Positions 26,008 through 34,899 of a DNA stretch of 64,000 nucleotides are shown one piece after another (the stretch's first letter is position 1; each line of letters opens with the position of its first letter). The stretch covers positions 12,916 to 76,915 of the IMG/VR virus record IMGVR_UViG_3300044829_000002; one strand, given 5' to 3'. The notes under the pieces are model-generated. The model was not told the origin of the DNA and ran no database searches. It was given only the letters and a program-made list of their open reading frames with translations. Made by a program: the position numbers and the translations under genes. Source of the stretch: a virus (taxonomy: Duplodnaviria > Caudoviricetes).

Positions 26008-26358
26008 TCAGATCGCGGGCACGAGGCCCACGGCAGCTCGGACCGAGAATAGAACCAGCCAACTCGCGAATCTTTGGACTGTGTTGCCAGCCCAAAACTC
26101 GGCCAGATAGTTGCCCGGAGTCGGGAACTCAGTGCCGGTCCATGTGTAGCCGACCATTCCGGTTGGCCCGTCGATGAGCGTGGCGTTGAACGTCGTAGGT
26201 GCGCCGTCGCGTTCGCGGACGATGAATTTGACGGTGTAGCCGGTGAGGGTCAGCGCGGCACCGTTGCTGTCCTGGTATTGATACAAGAGGGGCATCGGCC
26301 GTTCCCCGGTTACGAACGGACCGATGTTCTGATTCGGTTCAGTAATCTGAATCGTCAT
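26008..26358 (-). CDS. BppU-N-like Ig-fold structural protein
   Basis: LTLTGYTVKF...DGPTGMVGYTW...TPGNYLAEFW. Confidence 0.6.
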   Translation of the reverse strand: MTIQITEPNQNIGPFVTGERPMPLLYQYQDSNGAALTLTGYTVKFIVRERDGAPTTFNATLIDGPTGMVGYTWTGTEFPTPGNYLAEFWAGNTVQRFASWLVLFSVRAAVGLVPAI

Positions 26359-27935
26359 GTGCCGTCCTCCTCTCCGCTGATCATGCCACTACGACGCCCG
26401 GATATGATGCCGCTCGGCTCGCTCCCCGCACCTTGCAACACAGGCTCTCTGCCGTGTATCCGTATCCGCTGCGGCAGCAACAGCAGGTAGTTGTTGACAC
26501 CTGGTGTCGGGATGGTGACAAGCACCGGGATGCGGACAGCGCCGACAGTCGAGCCTGCACCGGCAGTCGGGGTTGGGATGGTGACGATCACCGCGACGAC
26601 AACTGCCGACACGTTCACACCGGCACCCACGGCCGGAGTCGGGATGCTGGTCGTGATCGGCGTGACGCTCTTGCTGACGTTCGCGCCGCCGCCGACAGTC
26701 GGCGCCGGGATGGTGACGATCGAGACGACGCTGGCTGGTCGAGTTGGCACGCTCACTGTCGGCGCCGCAATGGTGGTCGAGATCGCCACCACTGCCGCGT
26801 TGACGTTCGCGTTGCCGGACGTACTGACATTCGGTGTCGGGATGGTGGTTGCGACAGGAACGGCGACGGCCTGCACACCGGCTCCGGTCGCCACCGGCGG
26901 CGTCGGGATGGTTGTCGATATCGGGACAACTGTCGAGCTTGCGTTCGCGGCACTGCTGATCACCGGCGTCGAGATGGTGACCGCGCTGGCAACGACGGTG
27001 GCTGTGGCGGTCGCATTCGATATGGCGGTCACGCTCGGCGTCGGAATCGCCGTCGTGACAGCTACGGCAGTTGCGTTGATGTTGGCGTTACCGGCAGTGC
27101 TGACCGACGGCGTGGGGATCGTGACGACGATCGGCACAACGGTCGCGGCGACCGTGACTCCGATCGATACTGCCGGAGTCGGGATGCTGGCCGAGTTGGC
27201 GACCACAGCAGCGGTGATGCTCGCGTCGCTGCTGATCGTCGGCGTCGGCACGGCGACAGCTACAGCGACCTTGCCGGGCGTTGCGGTCGCGTTCGACGTG
27301 ACGCTGACTGCCGGAGTCGGGATCGCTGTGGCAACAGCGACCACGCTGGCGCTGACGTTCGCGTTGCCTGCGGTACTGACCGAGGGTGTCGGGATGGTCA
27401 CCGGCACTGTGACGACGCTGACGGTTACCGTGCTGCCGACGCTGATTTGAGGAGCTGGGATTTGCGTCGAGCATGCGACGACGGTGGCGCTGATTGCCGC
27501 GCTGGATGTGACGGTCGGTGTCGGGATCGTCGTAACGATGGGGACAACTGTCGCTGCTACGGTCTCGCTAGTTGCGACTGCTGGAGTCGGGATGGTTGTA
27601 ACGACGGGAACGACCGTTGCCGTGGCGGTCGCGTTCGAGGCCGCGCTGATCGTCGGAGTCGGGATCGTAGTTGGTACGGCGACGACGGTTGCGGCTGCGT
27701 TCGCGGCGCTGGTCACGATAGGTGTCGGGACGGTAACCGTGACAGCGACTACCGTGGCTGGGACCGTGGCGTTGCTGGTGACGCTGACTGCTGGTGTCGG
27801 GACCGTGACGGCTGTCGCCACAACAGCGGCGCTGGCTGTGGCGTCAGACTGTGTGGTGACTGGCGAGATTATGCGGGTCGGCTGACGGTCCTGATCAGCC
27901 TGTCGAGGCGTGCCGTAACGGATGAGCCTAGCCAT
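26355..27935 (-). CDS. Thr/Val/Ala/Pro-rich repeat protein (20 x ~23 aa, core TIPTP)
   Basis: 20 copies of (T/A/S)(I/V)PTP-like core counted in the translation; GREP C-terminal motif. Confidence 0.85.
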   Translation of the reverse strand: MARLIRYGTPRQADQDRQPTRIISPVTTQSDATASAAVVATAVTVPTPAVSVTSNATVPATVVAVTVTVPTPIVTSAANAAATVVAVPTTIPTPTISAASNATATATVVPVVTTIPTPAVATSETVAATVVPIVTTIPTPTVTSSAAISATVVACSTQIPAPQISVGSTVTVSVVTVPVTIPTPSVSTAGNANVSASVVAVATAIPTPAVSVTSNATATPGKVAVAVAVPTPTISSDASITAAVVANSASIPTPAVSIGVTVAATVVPIVVTIPTPSVSTAGNANINATAVAVTTAIPTPSVTAISNATATATVVASAVTISTPVISSAANASSTVVPISTTIPTPPVATGAGVQAVAVPVATTIPTPNVSTSGNANVNAAVVAISTTIAAPTVSVPTRPASVVSIVTIPAPTVGGGANVSKSVTPITTSIPTPAVGAGVNVSAVVVAVIVTIPTPTAGAGSTVGAVRIPVLVTIPTPGVNNYLLLLPQRIRIHGREPVLQGAGSEPSGIISGRRSGMISGEEDGT

Positions 27936-27971
27936 TAGACGTCTCCTCCGCTCCTATACCGGCAGTCCGCT

Positions 27972-28409
27972 TTATTCCTTCCACACGAAATACGTCTGTA
28001 CAGCCTGACCTGTGCCGTTTTCTACCAGTATCCCGATCCCGTTCGAAGCGACAGCAGGGACGGACAATCCGTCACCTGGGAATGTCCACACGACTCCTGA
28101 TCCGATTGCAGCACCGAGCACCGTCCGATACCCGAGATCGCTGGTCGTAGGTGCCGTGCTGGAATACGTGTTCTTCAACAAGGCGAGTGAAGCCACGTCC
28201 TCCTGCTCCAGCGCGGCTGAGGTTAAAGTGGACCCCGGAGTGCCAGCCGTAGTCAGCCTGCACAGCTTCAACGCGACCGCCGTGGCTGTGGTATTGAAAA
28301 TCCCAATCTCGACAATCTTGGGTCTCACTGTGGTCCCGCCGACAAGCGCGCAAAGCGGCAACGTAGTACTGCCAGCAGTGGTCAAGCCTCCTGCTACATA
28401 TCTCGACAT
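27972..28409 (-). CDS. structural protein, unknown function
   Basis: beta-rich 145 aa ORF in the structural operon; RBS GGAGAGG. Confidence 0.65.
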   Translation of the reverse strand: MSRYVAGGLTTAGSTTLPLCALVGGTTVRPKIVEIGIFNTTATAVALKLCRLTTAGTPGSTLTSAALEQEDVASLALLKNTYSSTAPTTSDLGYRTVLGAAIGSGVVWTFPGDGLSVPAVASNGIGILVENGTGQAVQTYFVWKE

Positions 28410-28419
28410 GATGCCTCTC

Positions 28420-29097
28420 CTAGTATCGGTACGGTGCCATTATCAATTCTGGCAGTTGCGCAGCAACCGCTGCACTCTCTACCTCGACACCCAGCAGACG
28501 CGGCTGCTGCCCGGTAGGCGCGGTCAGGCCGCACGTTTGAGATCCGGCACTAGCAGCATTCTGATACGCGTAGTAGGCGACATAGCTCGCGGTGGACTTG
28601 TCATGTATCCCGGTCTCCGTCGCGCTCGAACGGTAAGCACGCGAGCCTGGTGCGATCGCGTTGAAGTCACAATCAAGCCAACTGACAGTGCTGTTCGCGG
28701 CCTGCGTCGTTATGGTGCCGCTCGGAGCTGAACCGCCAGCAGCGTTCATCGTGGCCGGGGTGCCTAACTGCGCCCCGGTGTACGCCTCGGTGATGGAGGA
28801 GTGCCACCCGTTGCTGCCGGACCACGCGACCGTAACGGACATCGAGCCTGGCGAGCCGGACACGACGCACCACCACAGCCCAGCCCAGCCCTCACCGACC
28901 ACTGCCGATGTGATTCCGGTAAAGGTTTGCCCGCCACCAGTTGGAGTGCCGCCAATAGTGGCAATCTTCTCTGACGCGGCCTTGACGATAATGATGTCCC
29001 CGTTGGCCGGGGTGAACGCAGGCGAAACAGTGGAGACGGTGCTAGAAGCAGCCGACCCTTGCACAGCCGGGGAGTTGTAAGGCGTCGGCCCTGGCAT
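28420..29097 (-). CDS. structural protein, beta-sandwich-like
   Basis: TPANGDIIIVKAASE... small-residue-rich ORF. Confidence 0.65.
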   Translation of the reverse strand: MPGPTPYNSPAVQGSAASSTVSTVSPAFTPANGDIIIVKAASEKIATIGGTPTGGGQTFTGITSAVVGEGWAGLWWCVVSGSPGSMSVTVAWSGSNGWHSSITEAYTGAQLGTPATMNAAGGSAPSGTITTQAANSTVSWLDCDFNAIAPGSRAYRSSATETGIHDKSTASYVAYYAYQNAASAGSQTCGLTAPTGQQPRLLGVEVESAAVAAQLPELIMAPYRY

Positions 29098-29117
29098 TAG
29101 CTGTCACCTTCACCCTC

Positions 29118-30302
29118 CTACGGACTCGGAACGGTGCTGCCGTCCGGGTGCTTGTTACCCGTCCAGGCCGTGATCGTGCCCGGAGCTGCCGAATAGGCAT
29201 CCCCGTACACCGCACCGGCGAACACGTTGTCTGTGACCGATACGGCTGAGCATTCGTTGCGGAAGGTGTACGCGCCGCCCTGCAAGTAGTTGTTCTTGAC
29301 GATCTCGCCAGTCTGCAACGTGCAAGGAATAACCTGCCAGAATACTGCCGCCGTCACGGTGCCCGACGTTGCCACTACAACCCGGTTGCTGTCATAGGTG
29401 ATGTTGTTGCCGCCCTGGCTGAACAGCCCGTCACCGTGGCACGTGGACGAACCGCACTGAGCACCGTCGGTCGCGTAAATCTCGCTGTGCTGAATCAGGG
29501 AGCCACCGGCCGGGTCGAGGCCCTGCGGGAAGCCAGAGAAATTGGAGCGATTGACCAGCATGGGTCGAGTCGAGTTCGTCGTCACCGCGCCGATGTCGCT
29601 GCCGCCGTTGTATGTAGTGCCTGAGCGCAACGTGGAATCGGTAACGCTCAGCGTGGCCCCGGCCGTGCCGTTGGCGCACTGCGCGTACACGTCATGCCAG
29701 GTGCTCGACGGTGCCCATTCGATGATCGACTGAGTGACGTTGAGATTGCCGCAGCCCGTCCAGTAGATGCCGCCCTTGACCCATGCGTGGTCGAGACTCA
29801 GATTCGCCTGATCGCATCGCAAGTATTTGTAGGTGGCGTTCCAGCTCGTGCACCCGGCCGGGATGACGCCGTTGGCCTGGGAGTACACGGTCAGCGCAGA
29901 CGTGGCACCGAGATAACCGGTGGTTCCAGCGTCCGGGTAGGTGCTCGGTGGGGGCGGTGGGGGCGTGGTCGTGGTCGGTGCCGTCGTGGTCGGGGTCGCG
30001 GTCACCGTCACCGTGTTAGTTACGGTGTTGGTCACGGTCGCTGTAGCCGTCGTGGTCACGGTTTCTGTGGTTGTCGGCCCGGTCACGGTCGTTGTCGGGC
30101 CTGGCGCGGTGGTCGTGGCCTGAGCCAGCGTGCACGTGATCGTCTCAGTGAGCGCCACGGTGTCGCTGTTGCGCGTGCACGTGTCCGATGATGTGGCCGC
30201 ACCGGATCGTGTCGCGTTGAACGCGATTAGCCCTACAACGAGCAGAGCCGTTGCGATCAATACCGCCAGACGCTTTCTGCTCCAAATACGTAACGAAATC
30301 AT
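29118..30302 (-). CDS. secreted/anchored right-handed beta-helix (pectate-lyase-like) protein
   Basis: hydrophobic N-terminal signal, Thr-rich linker, PPPPPP-PDAGTTG, then IQHSEI..CHGDGLFSQGGNNITYDSN..VKNNYLQGGAYT. Confidence 0.75.
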   Translation of the reverse strand: MISLRIWSRKRLAVLIATALLVVGLIAFNATRSGAATSSDTCTRNSDTVALTETITCTLAQATTTAPGPTTTVTGPTTTETVTTTATATVTNTVTNTVTVTATPTTTAPTTTTPPPPPPSTYPDAGTTGYLGATSALTVYSQANGVIPAGCTSWNATYKYLRCDQANLSLDHAWVKGGIYWTGCGNLNVTQSIIEWAPSSTWHDVYAQCANGTAGATLSVTDSTLRSGTTYNGGSDIGAVTTNSTRPMLVNRSNFSGFPQGLDPAGGSLIQHSEIYATDGAQCGSSTCHGDGLFSQGGNNITYDSNRVVVATSGTVTAAVFWQVIPCTLQTGEIVKNNYLQGGAYTFRNECSAVSVTDNVFAGAVYGDAYSAAPGTITAWTGNKHPDGSTVPSP

Positions 30303-30320
30303 AATGCGACAGTCCCTAAC

Positions 30321-30848
30321 TTATGGTGTGATGTCCATTGCAAATACGCCGAGCGCATCCCATGTGATTGCGAATGTCCCAGCAACGGTCGAAAAATCCG
30401 CCCCGAACGTGACGGCTACCAACATCGCGTCAACCTGCGGAGCGGGCGCGGTCAGCGAGTCGGCATACATGATGCATCCGCGTGCGTTGGTAAGCGTCGT
30501 CGTAGCCACAGACACGTCCGTCATGTCATACATGATGGAACCGGCAGGGGACTCTGAGAACGTCGGCGCAACCGATGTGGCACCCGCTGCGGCGGCAGAG
30601 AACAGCACCCCACCGGCAGCCCAGCCGGTGCCGGAAACCTCGGACGTGTTGGCCCAGATCGGGGACGCGGCCGAGAAGTTGATCGGCGCGGTGCCGTCCG
30701 TCAACGCGTTGGAGTGCAGTGCAATCTTGTTCGTCAGCGACTTGAACGGACCTGTACCAGCCGTCGCTGCCGTGCCGCCAGTGAGCGCAACAAGGGTCAG
30801 CAAGTCAGTAATCGTCGTGATGTACAACCCGCTCTTAGTCCACGCCAT
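30321..30848 (-). CDS. conserved virion-associated protein
   Basis: KIALH..SEVSGTGWAAGG..ARGCIMY..FGADFSTVAGTFAITW pattern common in phage structural regions. Confidence 0.65.
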   Translation of the reverse strand: MAWTKSGLYITTITDLLTLVALTGGTAATAGTGPFKSLTNKIALHSNALTDGTAPINFSAASPIWANTSEVSGTGWAAGGVLFSAAAAGATSVAPTFSESPAGSIMYDMTDVSVATTTLTNARGCIMYADSLTAPAPQVDAMLVAVTFGADFSTVAGTFAITWDALGVFAMDITP

Positions 30849-30850
30849 GA

Positions 30851-31087
30851 CTACATCCTCACTAGCTTCATCTTGATTGCCTGCGGTGTGACATTGACGT
30901 CTTGCCGTTGACTGACACCCGCACCCTGCGCACCGTGCTCAGTGACCGTGCCCTCATCGGTCGTAACCGACTTGAACGGCAGACCCGACTCCTCGTGTGC
31001 CCGCCCTTCGGCAGACACGCGAGGCTTCGACCGGTGGCTGATGACACCGATCGAAAGCATCCGGTCCCTGAATTCGTTACTCATCAC
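30851..31087 (-). CDS. hypothetical protein
   Basis: fills the gap after the major tail gene; RBS AAGGGA. Confidence 0.6.
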   Translation of the reverse strand: MMSNEFRDRMLSIGVISHRSKPRVSAEGRAHEESGLPFKSVTTDEGTVTEHGAQGAGVSQRQDVNVTPQAIKMKLVRM

Positions 31088-31094
31088 ACGTCCC

Positions 31095-31775
31095 TTATGT
31101 CAGCAGAGTGAATCCGACAGAGGCAGCCGGTGGCGCGTTGGTGGTCAGGTTCCACAGCCAGTGATCCGCCGTGGTAGAGACACCGCCAGCGCCGACAGGC
31201 AGCCAGCTTGTGCCCGAACCGGGGCCGTCACTCCACTGAGCCGATGCCGCCGACGTCTCGCACATGAACTGCAACACCGACTTGGCGTTCTCCACCGTGT
31301 AGCCGTTCACGCGAGCATTCAGGCAGTGCGGCCACGCGTTGTAGATGTACTGCTGTAGGCCACCCGCCGAGCACGCGCCGGAACCGGCGACGCGCTGCCA
31401 CACTTCCATCGAGAAATGAGACGTCGTCACGCCCTCCATCAACGCGAAGCCGGTGCCGGACACGGGAGCCGTCGTGGTCAACTCACGCGCCGACAGCACA
31501 AGCGGAGTCATGTCCGGGTCCACCGAGCACAGGTCCACCGTGAGCTGCATCCTCTTGAAGATCGGCGCGTCTTTCTGGTTGACGCACAGCAGCCCGTCGG
31601 CCGTGCGCTCGAAGAACTCGGTGCCGTCCTCGTATTGCGGGGACTGGTCAACTTTCGTGAACGAGTTGGTTACGATCACACGACCAGACGCGCCGGTGAT
31701 CGGGATACCACACGCGTCCACCTGGACGATGCGGATAACGGTGCCCTTGATCGGGACTCCGGCGGTTGATGCCAT
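31095..31775 (-). CDS. major tail protein (cluster-B-like)
   Basis: IRIVQVDACG...YEDGTEFFERTADGLLC...LCSVDP...FSMEVW. Confidence 0.8.
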   Translation of the reverse strand: MASTAGVPIKGTVIRIVQVDACGIPITGASGRVIVTNSFTKVDQSPQYEDGTEFFERTADGLLCVNQKDAPIFKRMQLTVDLCSVDPDMTPLVLSARELTTTAPVSGTGFALMEGVTTSHFSMEVWQRVAGSGACSAGGLQQYIYNAWPHCLNARVNGYTVENAKSVLQFMCETSAASAQWSDGPGSGTSWLPVGAGGVSTTADHWLWNLTTNAPPAASVGFTLLT

Positions 31776-31790
31776 GACACAACTCCCTTT

Positions 31791-32726
31791 TTACGTTGCC
31801 TTCGGCACGCCGAGTCCGACAGACCCAGCGAAATGGCAGCAGTCCCAACCGAGCAAGTACCGCCGCTCGGCGATCATTTTGATGGTGTTCTTCTGTTTGT
31901 CCATAGCCTGCGCACCGCTGGCCCGGACCTTAACCGCACCGCGATAGCACATGATGTTCCCGGTGGCGTAAATCCAGCACTGGTCAGGTGTCCGCACTGC
32001 TCCGGCCGGGGACGTGCCTGGATACCCGGCACCAACCGAGACCTTGTTGCCGTTGGCGGTATACATCCGCGCGCCCTTGGTCTTGATCAGGCCGTACGCG
32101 TCGAAGGACGGCAACGCCACTTGCGGGATGTGGATCACGCCAACGCCGTTGTAGCAGTCGGCCAGCGCGCCTTCCAGCGCCCCGAGCACTTCCGATGTGC
32201 TGGAGAACAGGTTCGGCGAACCTCCAGCGGCACCGGTTACGACCACTGCCGCCGTTTGCAGCAGGATCGAGTTCTGCGCCGTGCCGCCCGTTACCGGCGC
32301 GTCAAGAATCTGCGCGTTCGCTGCCAAGTGGGGGAACACTATCGGCTGACCACCGGCGACACCTGTCCAGAAGGAACGCTCAACCTGCCATGTTTCGCTC
32401 GACGCGAACGCGGCACGAGCCTGCATGTCCGCTTCCTCGTTGCCGACCGCCGAGCAGTCGAATTCCACGAACACCGAGAATGCGGTAGCTCCGCGTGGTG
32501 CGAGGCTGACCGTGTTCTGGAACGCTGGCGGCGACGGTGCATTACCGGTGCCGGTGACCGCTAGACATTCGTCATACGTCGAGCTCGGAGTGGCACAGTT
32601 CGGCTGGTAGGTGATGCCGTTCTGCCAATGCTGATCGTTGGCGACCGGGAAATCGACAACGCTCAGCAAGCCGTACGGGAGGGGTGTGTACAGCGGCGGG
32701 TCAACAATCTGCCTTCCACCTGACAT
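31791..32726 (-). CDS. second capsid protein (cluster-B-type pentamer protein)
   Basis: PYGLLSVV..HWQNG..C; LEGALADCY.GVGVIH; directly follows the major capsid gene. Confidence 0.7.
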   Translation of the reverse strand: MSGGRQIVDPPLYTPLPYGLLSVVDFPVANDQHWQNGITYQPNCATPSSTYDECLAVTGTGNAPSPPAFQNTVSLAPRGATAFSVFVEFDCSAVGNEEADMQARAAFASSETWQVERSFWTGVAGGQPIVFPHLAANAQILDAPVTGGTAQNSILLQTAAVVVTGAAGGSPNLFSSTSEVLGALEGALADCYNGVGVIHIPQVALPSFDAYGLIKTKGARMYTANGNKVSVGAGYPGTSPAGAVRTPDQCWIYATGNIMCYRGAVKVRASGAQAMDKQKNTIKMIAERRYLLGWDCCHFAGSVGLGVPKAT

Positions 32727-32779
32727 CGCCGCTCACCCCCTCCGCACATCTGTCTGCCCGTGCCCTGATCACGTCAGGA

Positions 32780-34576
32780 TTAGATGTTCGCGCCGAGAGC
32801 AACGGCACCAGACGCGGCACCGTTCACGGTGAAGCTGATCGTGTAGCGACGGGATTCGTGTCCGACCTTGGCGACCAGGTGGCACTCCTCGGCCCATGCG
32901 GCGGTGAAGTCGTTCTCCGCATTCAGCACCGAGTCGCGGACCACACCGAGATCCAGAGTGAGCCCGTTGCCCTTGATGAACGTGCCTGCCGCGTAGACCA
33001 GGAAGTCGGCCTGCGTCGGCCATAGGGTCATGTTCGCGGACGGGAAGCCGAACAGGCCGCTAGTGCGAACCTGCCAGTCGTTGACCCACTGGACACGCAA
33101 GTTGCGGTCAGCGAACCAGCCGTTGATCTGCGCCTGAGTGACGGACAACATTTCGACGTTGGTGCGCCACGCCAGATCAGCGGTGATCACGTCGGCCACC
33201 CAGAACGGAGCGATGACTTCCAGCACGTCGGCGTCGCACATGGCGAACTTGGCCCGGTAGTCCGTCGCGGCGAGATCCAGACCGGAAAGGATCTGGTTGT
33301 ACGCCGGTCGTGTCGCGCCGCCGCCGGTGATCGCAATGGCGGCAGTGGACAGGGTGACCATCTGGCCGATGATGCGCGCGTTCTGCGCGTGCGACCACGC
33401 GGAGTTCAGCAACCGCAGCGTGTTCGCGGTCGCCTCCGGGTACGCGTCGTCGGTCAAGTTACCGGCCGTCATGGTGATGCCGTAGCACTCCAACCGGGCC
33501 TCGTTGAAGCCTGGGCACGGGACGCGCATCGTGGGCTTGTTCGGGCTACCCGTCACGGTGGCGATGTCGTCAGTCTCAGTCCACACCCACGGCATGGACG
33601 CGGAGCTGAACGTGGTGCCGAACCCTGCAAGATTCTGGTTGGCCGACGCGCCAACCTGATACACCGCGTCAGCCAGCGACGGGGACGTGGGGAACCTGAT
33701 GCCGCCGCGGGTCACACCGAATGTCGGAAGGTCCACTAGGCCGTCCTGGCATGCGATGTTGAAGAAGTCGTATCGAATCTGGGACGGGGCACACCAGCCA
33801 CCACCGGCAACGAGCGCTTCCTGGTTGGCTTTGGTGGTCAGATGCCGGAACAGCTCCTCGATCTGCGCCGGGGGAGTTCGATCGTCCACGGTGTGTTCGT
33901 ATTCGTTGCGGATCTGAGCTACCAGAACCTCTCGGCCGGTGCCGTCACGGGTGGCCGGGATCGACCGGGCGGTTTTCTGGAACGCGCCCACAACGTCGGA
34001 CAGGCTGGTCATTTCCTGGTTGCGTGCCACGCCGGGAATGTCAACGCCTGCCGTGACCGCCAGCCGGTTCGCTGATGCGGTGACCGCTGGCGGAGCTACC
34101 CGCTGCGCTGCGGACAGCGACGCGGTTGCCCGCTCGGTGACCTGTGCGAGATCCCCGCCGAGCCGGGAACGGCCCTTGTCGCCCATGACGGCGAACAGCG
34201 CGGCAGTCGCACCACGCGTGGCAGCGGCGGCAATGGCCTCGACGTCCACTCCGGTCTGAGTCTGCGCAGCCTCAGCAACCTCAGCCTGTGTCGGGCCGTG
34301 CACGCGGGCCTCCAGGTGAGCCTGCTGATCTACCAGGCTGGCCTGCGCACGAGTGGCAGCTTCCTGCGCCCTCGCATTACGGCCCGCGATGTCGGCCCGG
34401 ATCGAGTCGATGTTGTCCGTGAGTTGCATCTGGTACTGCACCGTGGCTGGAGTCACTTCCTCGATGCCGCGCACGCGGTCGAATTCGGTCACTGCCGTGG
34501 TCTCCAGCGTCGCGATGTCCGCATCAGACAGGAGGGTGAGATCGGCTGGCAGTTCAAAAGGCGTTACATCTGTCAT
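32780..34576 (-). CDS. major capsid (hexamer) protein with N-terminal scaffold-like region
   Basis: FELPADLTLLSDADI N-terminus and ALVAGGGWCAPSQIRYD hallmark of cluster-B-like capsids; RBS GGGGAG. Confidence 0.85.
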   Translation of the reverse strand: MTDVTPFELPADLTLLSDADIATLETTAVTEFDRVRGIEEVTPATVQYQMQLTDNIDSIRADIAGRNARAQEAATRAQASLVDQQAHLEARVHGPTQAEVAEAAQTQTGVDVEAIAAAATRGATAALFAVMGDKGRSRLGGDLAQVTERATASLSAAQRVAPPAVTASANRLAVTAGVDIPGVARNQEMTSLSDVVGAFQKTARSIPATRDGTGREVLVAQIRNEYEHTVDDRTPPAQIEELFRHLTTKANQEALVAGGGWCAPSQIRYDFFNIACQDGLVDLPTFGVTRGGIRFPTSPSLADAVYQVGASANQNLAGFGTTFSSASMPWVWTETDDIATVTGSPNKPTMRVPCPGFNEARLECYGITMTAGNLTDDAYPEATANTLRLLNSAWSHAQNARIIGQMVTLSTAAIAITGGGATRPAYNQILSGLDLAATDYRAKFAMCDADVLEVIAPFWVADVITADLAWRTNVEMLSVTQAQINGWFADRNLRVQWVNDWQVRTSGLFGFPSANMTLWPTQADFLVYAAGTFIKGNGLTLDLGVVRDSVLNAENDFTAAWAEECHLVAKVGHESRRYTISFTVNGAASGAVALGANI

Positions 34577-34797
34577 GGTCGTTACTCCCCTAGGAACGTA
34601 GCCGTGAGGCGGCATTGAAGGGAATGTAACAATCATGGACGGCAACTGACCACTACTTTGACGGCAAGTTTTGGGCAACTCTCGCCAGGTGTCGCAGTCC
34701 GTTCTACAGGCTCGGCACATAGCAAAGCCCCGCGCGAACGTGGCCTGATCGATTGCTCGACGTTCCAGGGATGGCGCGGGGCTGTGCGTGTCAGAGT

Positions 34798-34893
34798 TTA
34801 GCGGCTGGTCCCGACGGGCTCGGGTGCAGGAGCAGGCGGCGGCTCTGCTGGAGCGGCAGGCTGCTGAATTACCGGCTTGTTACAATTGCACAT
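34798..34893 (-). CDS. small Cys/Pro-rich peptide (31 aa; not in the ORF track)
   Basis: MCNCNKPVIQQPAAPAEPPPAPAPEPVGTSR; RBS AAGGA; MxNC/CGC peptides commonly sit between protease and capsid genes in this phage type. Confidence 0.5.
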   Translation of the reverse strand: MCNCNKPVIQQPAAPAEPPPAPAPEPVGTSR

Positions 34894-34899
34894 AATGTC

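Noticed and set aside
26433-27938. Long + strand ORFs (501 aa and 319 aa) opposite the repeat protein
   Set aside because: Antisense shadows of a repetitive GC3-biased gene; Arg/Asp/Gly or Val/Ala low-complexity translations with no RBS.
32780-34720. ORF-track starts upstream of the likely true starts (capsid 34720, YqaJ 12392, DUF932 4142, HNH 41558 and others)
   Set aside because: Extensions run through promoters/operators or neighbouring genes; downstream starts have RBSs or stop/start overlaps.
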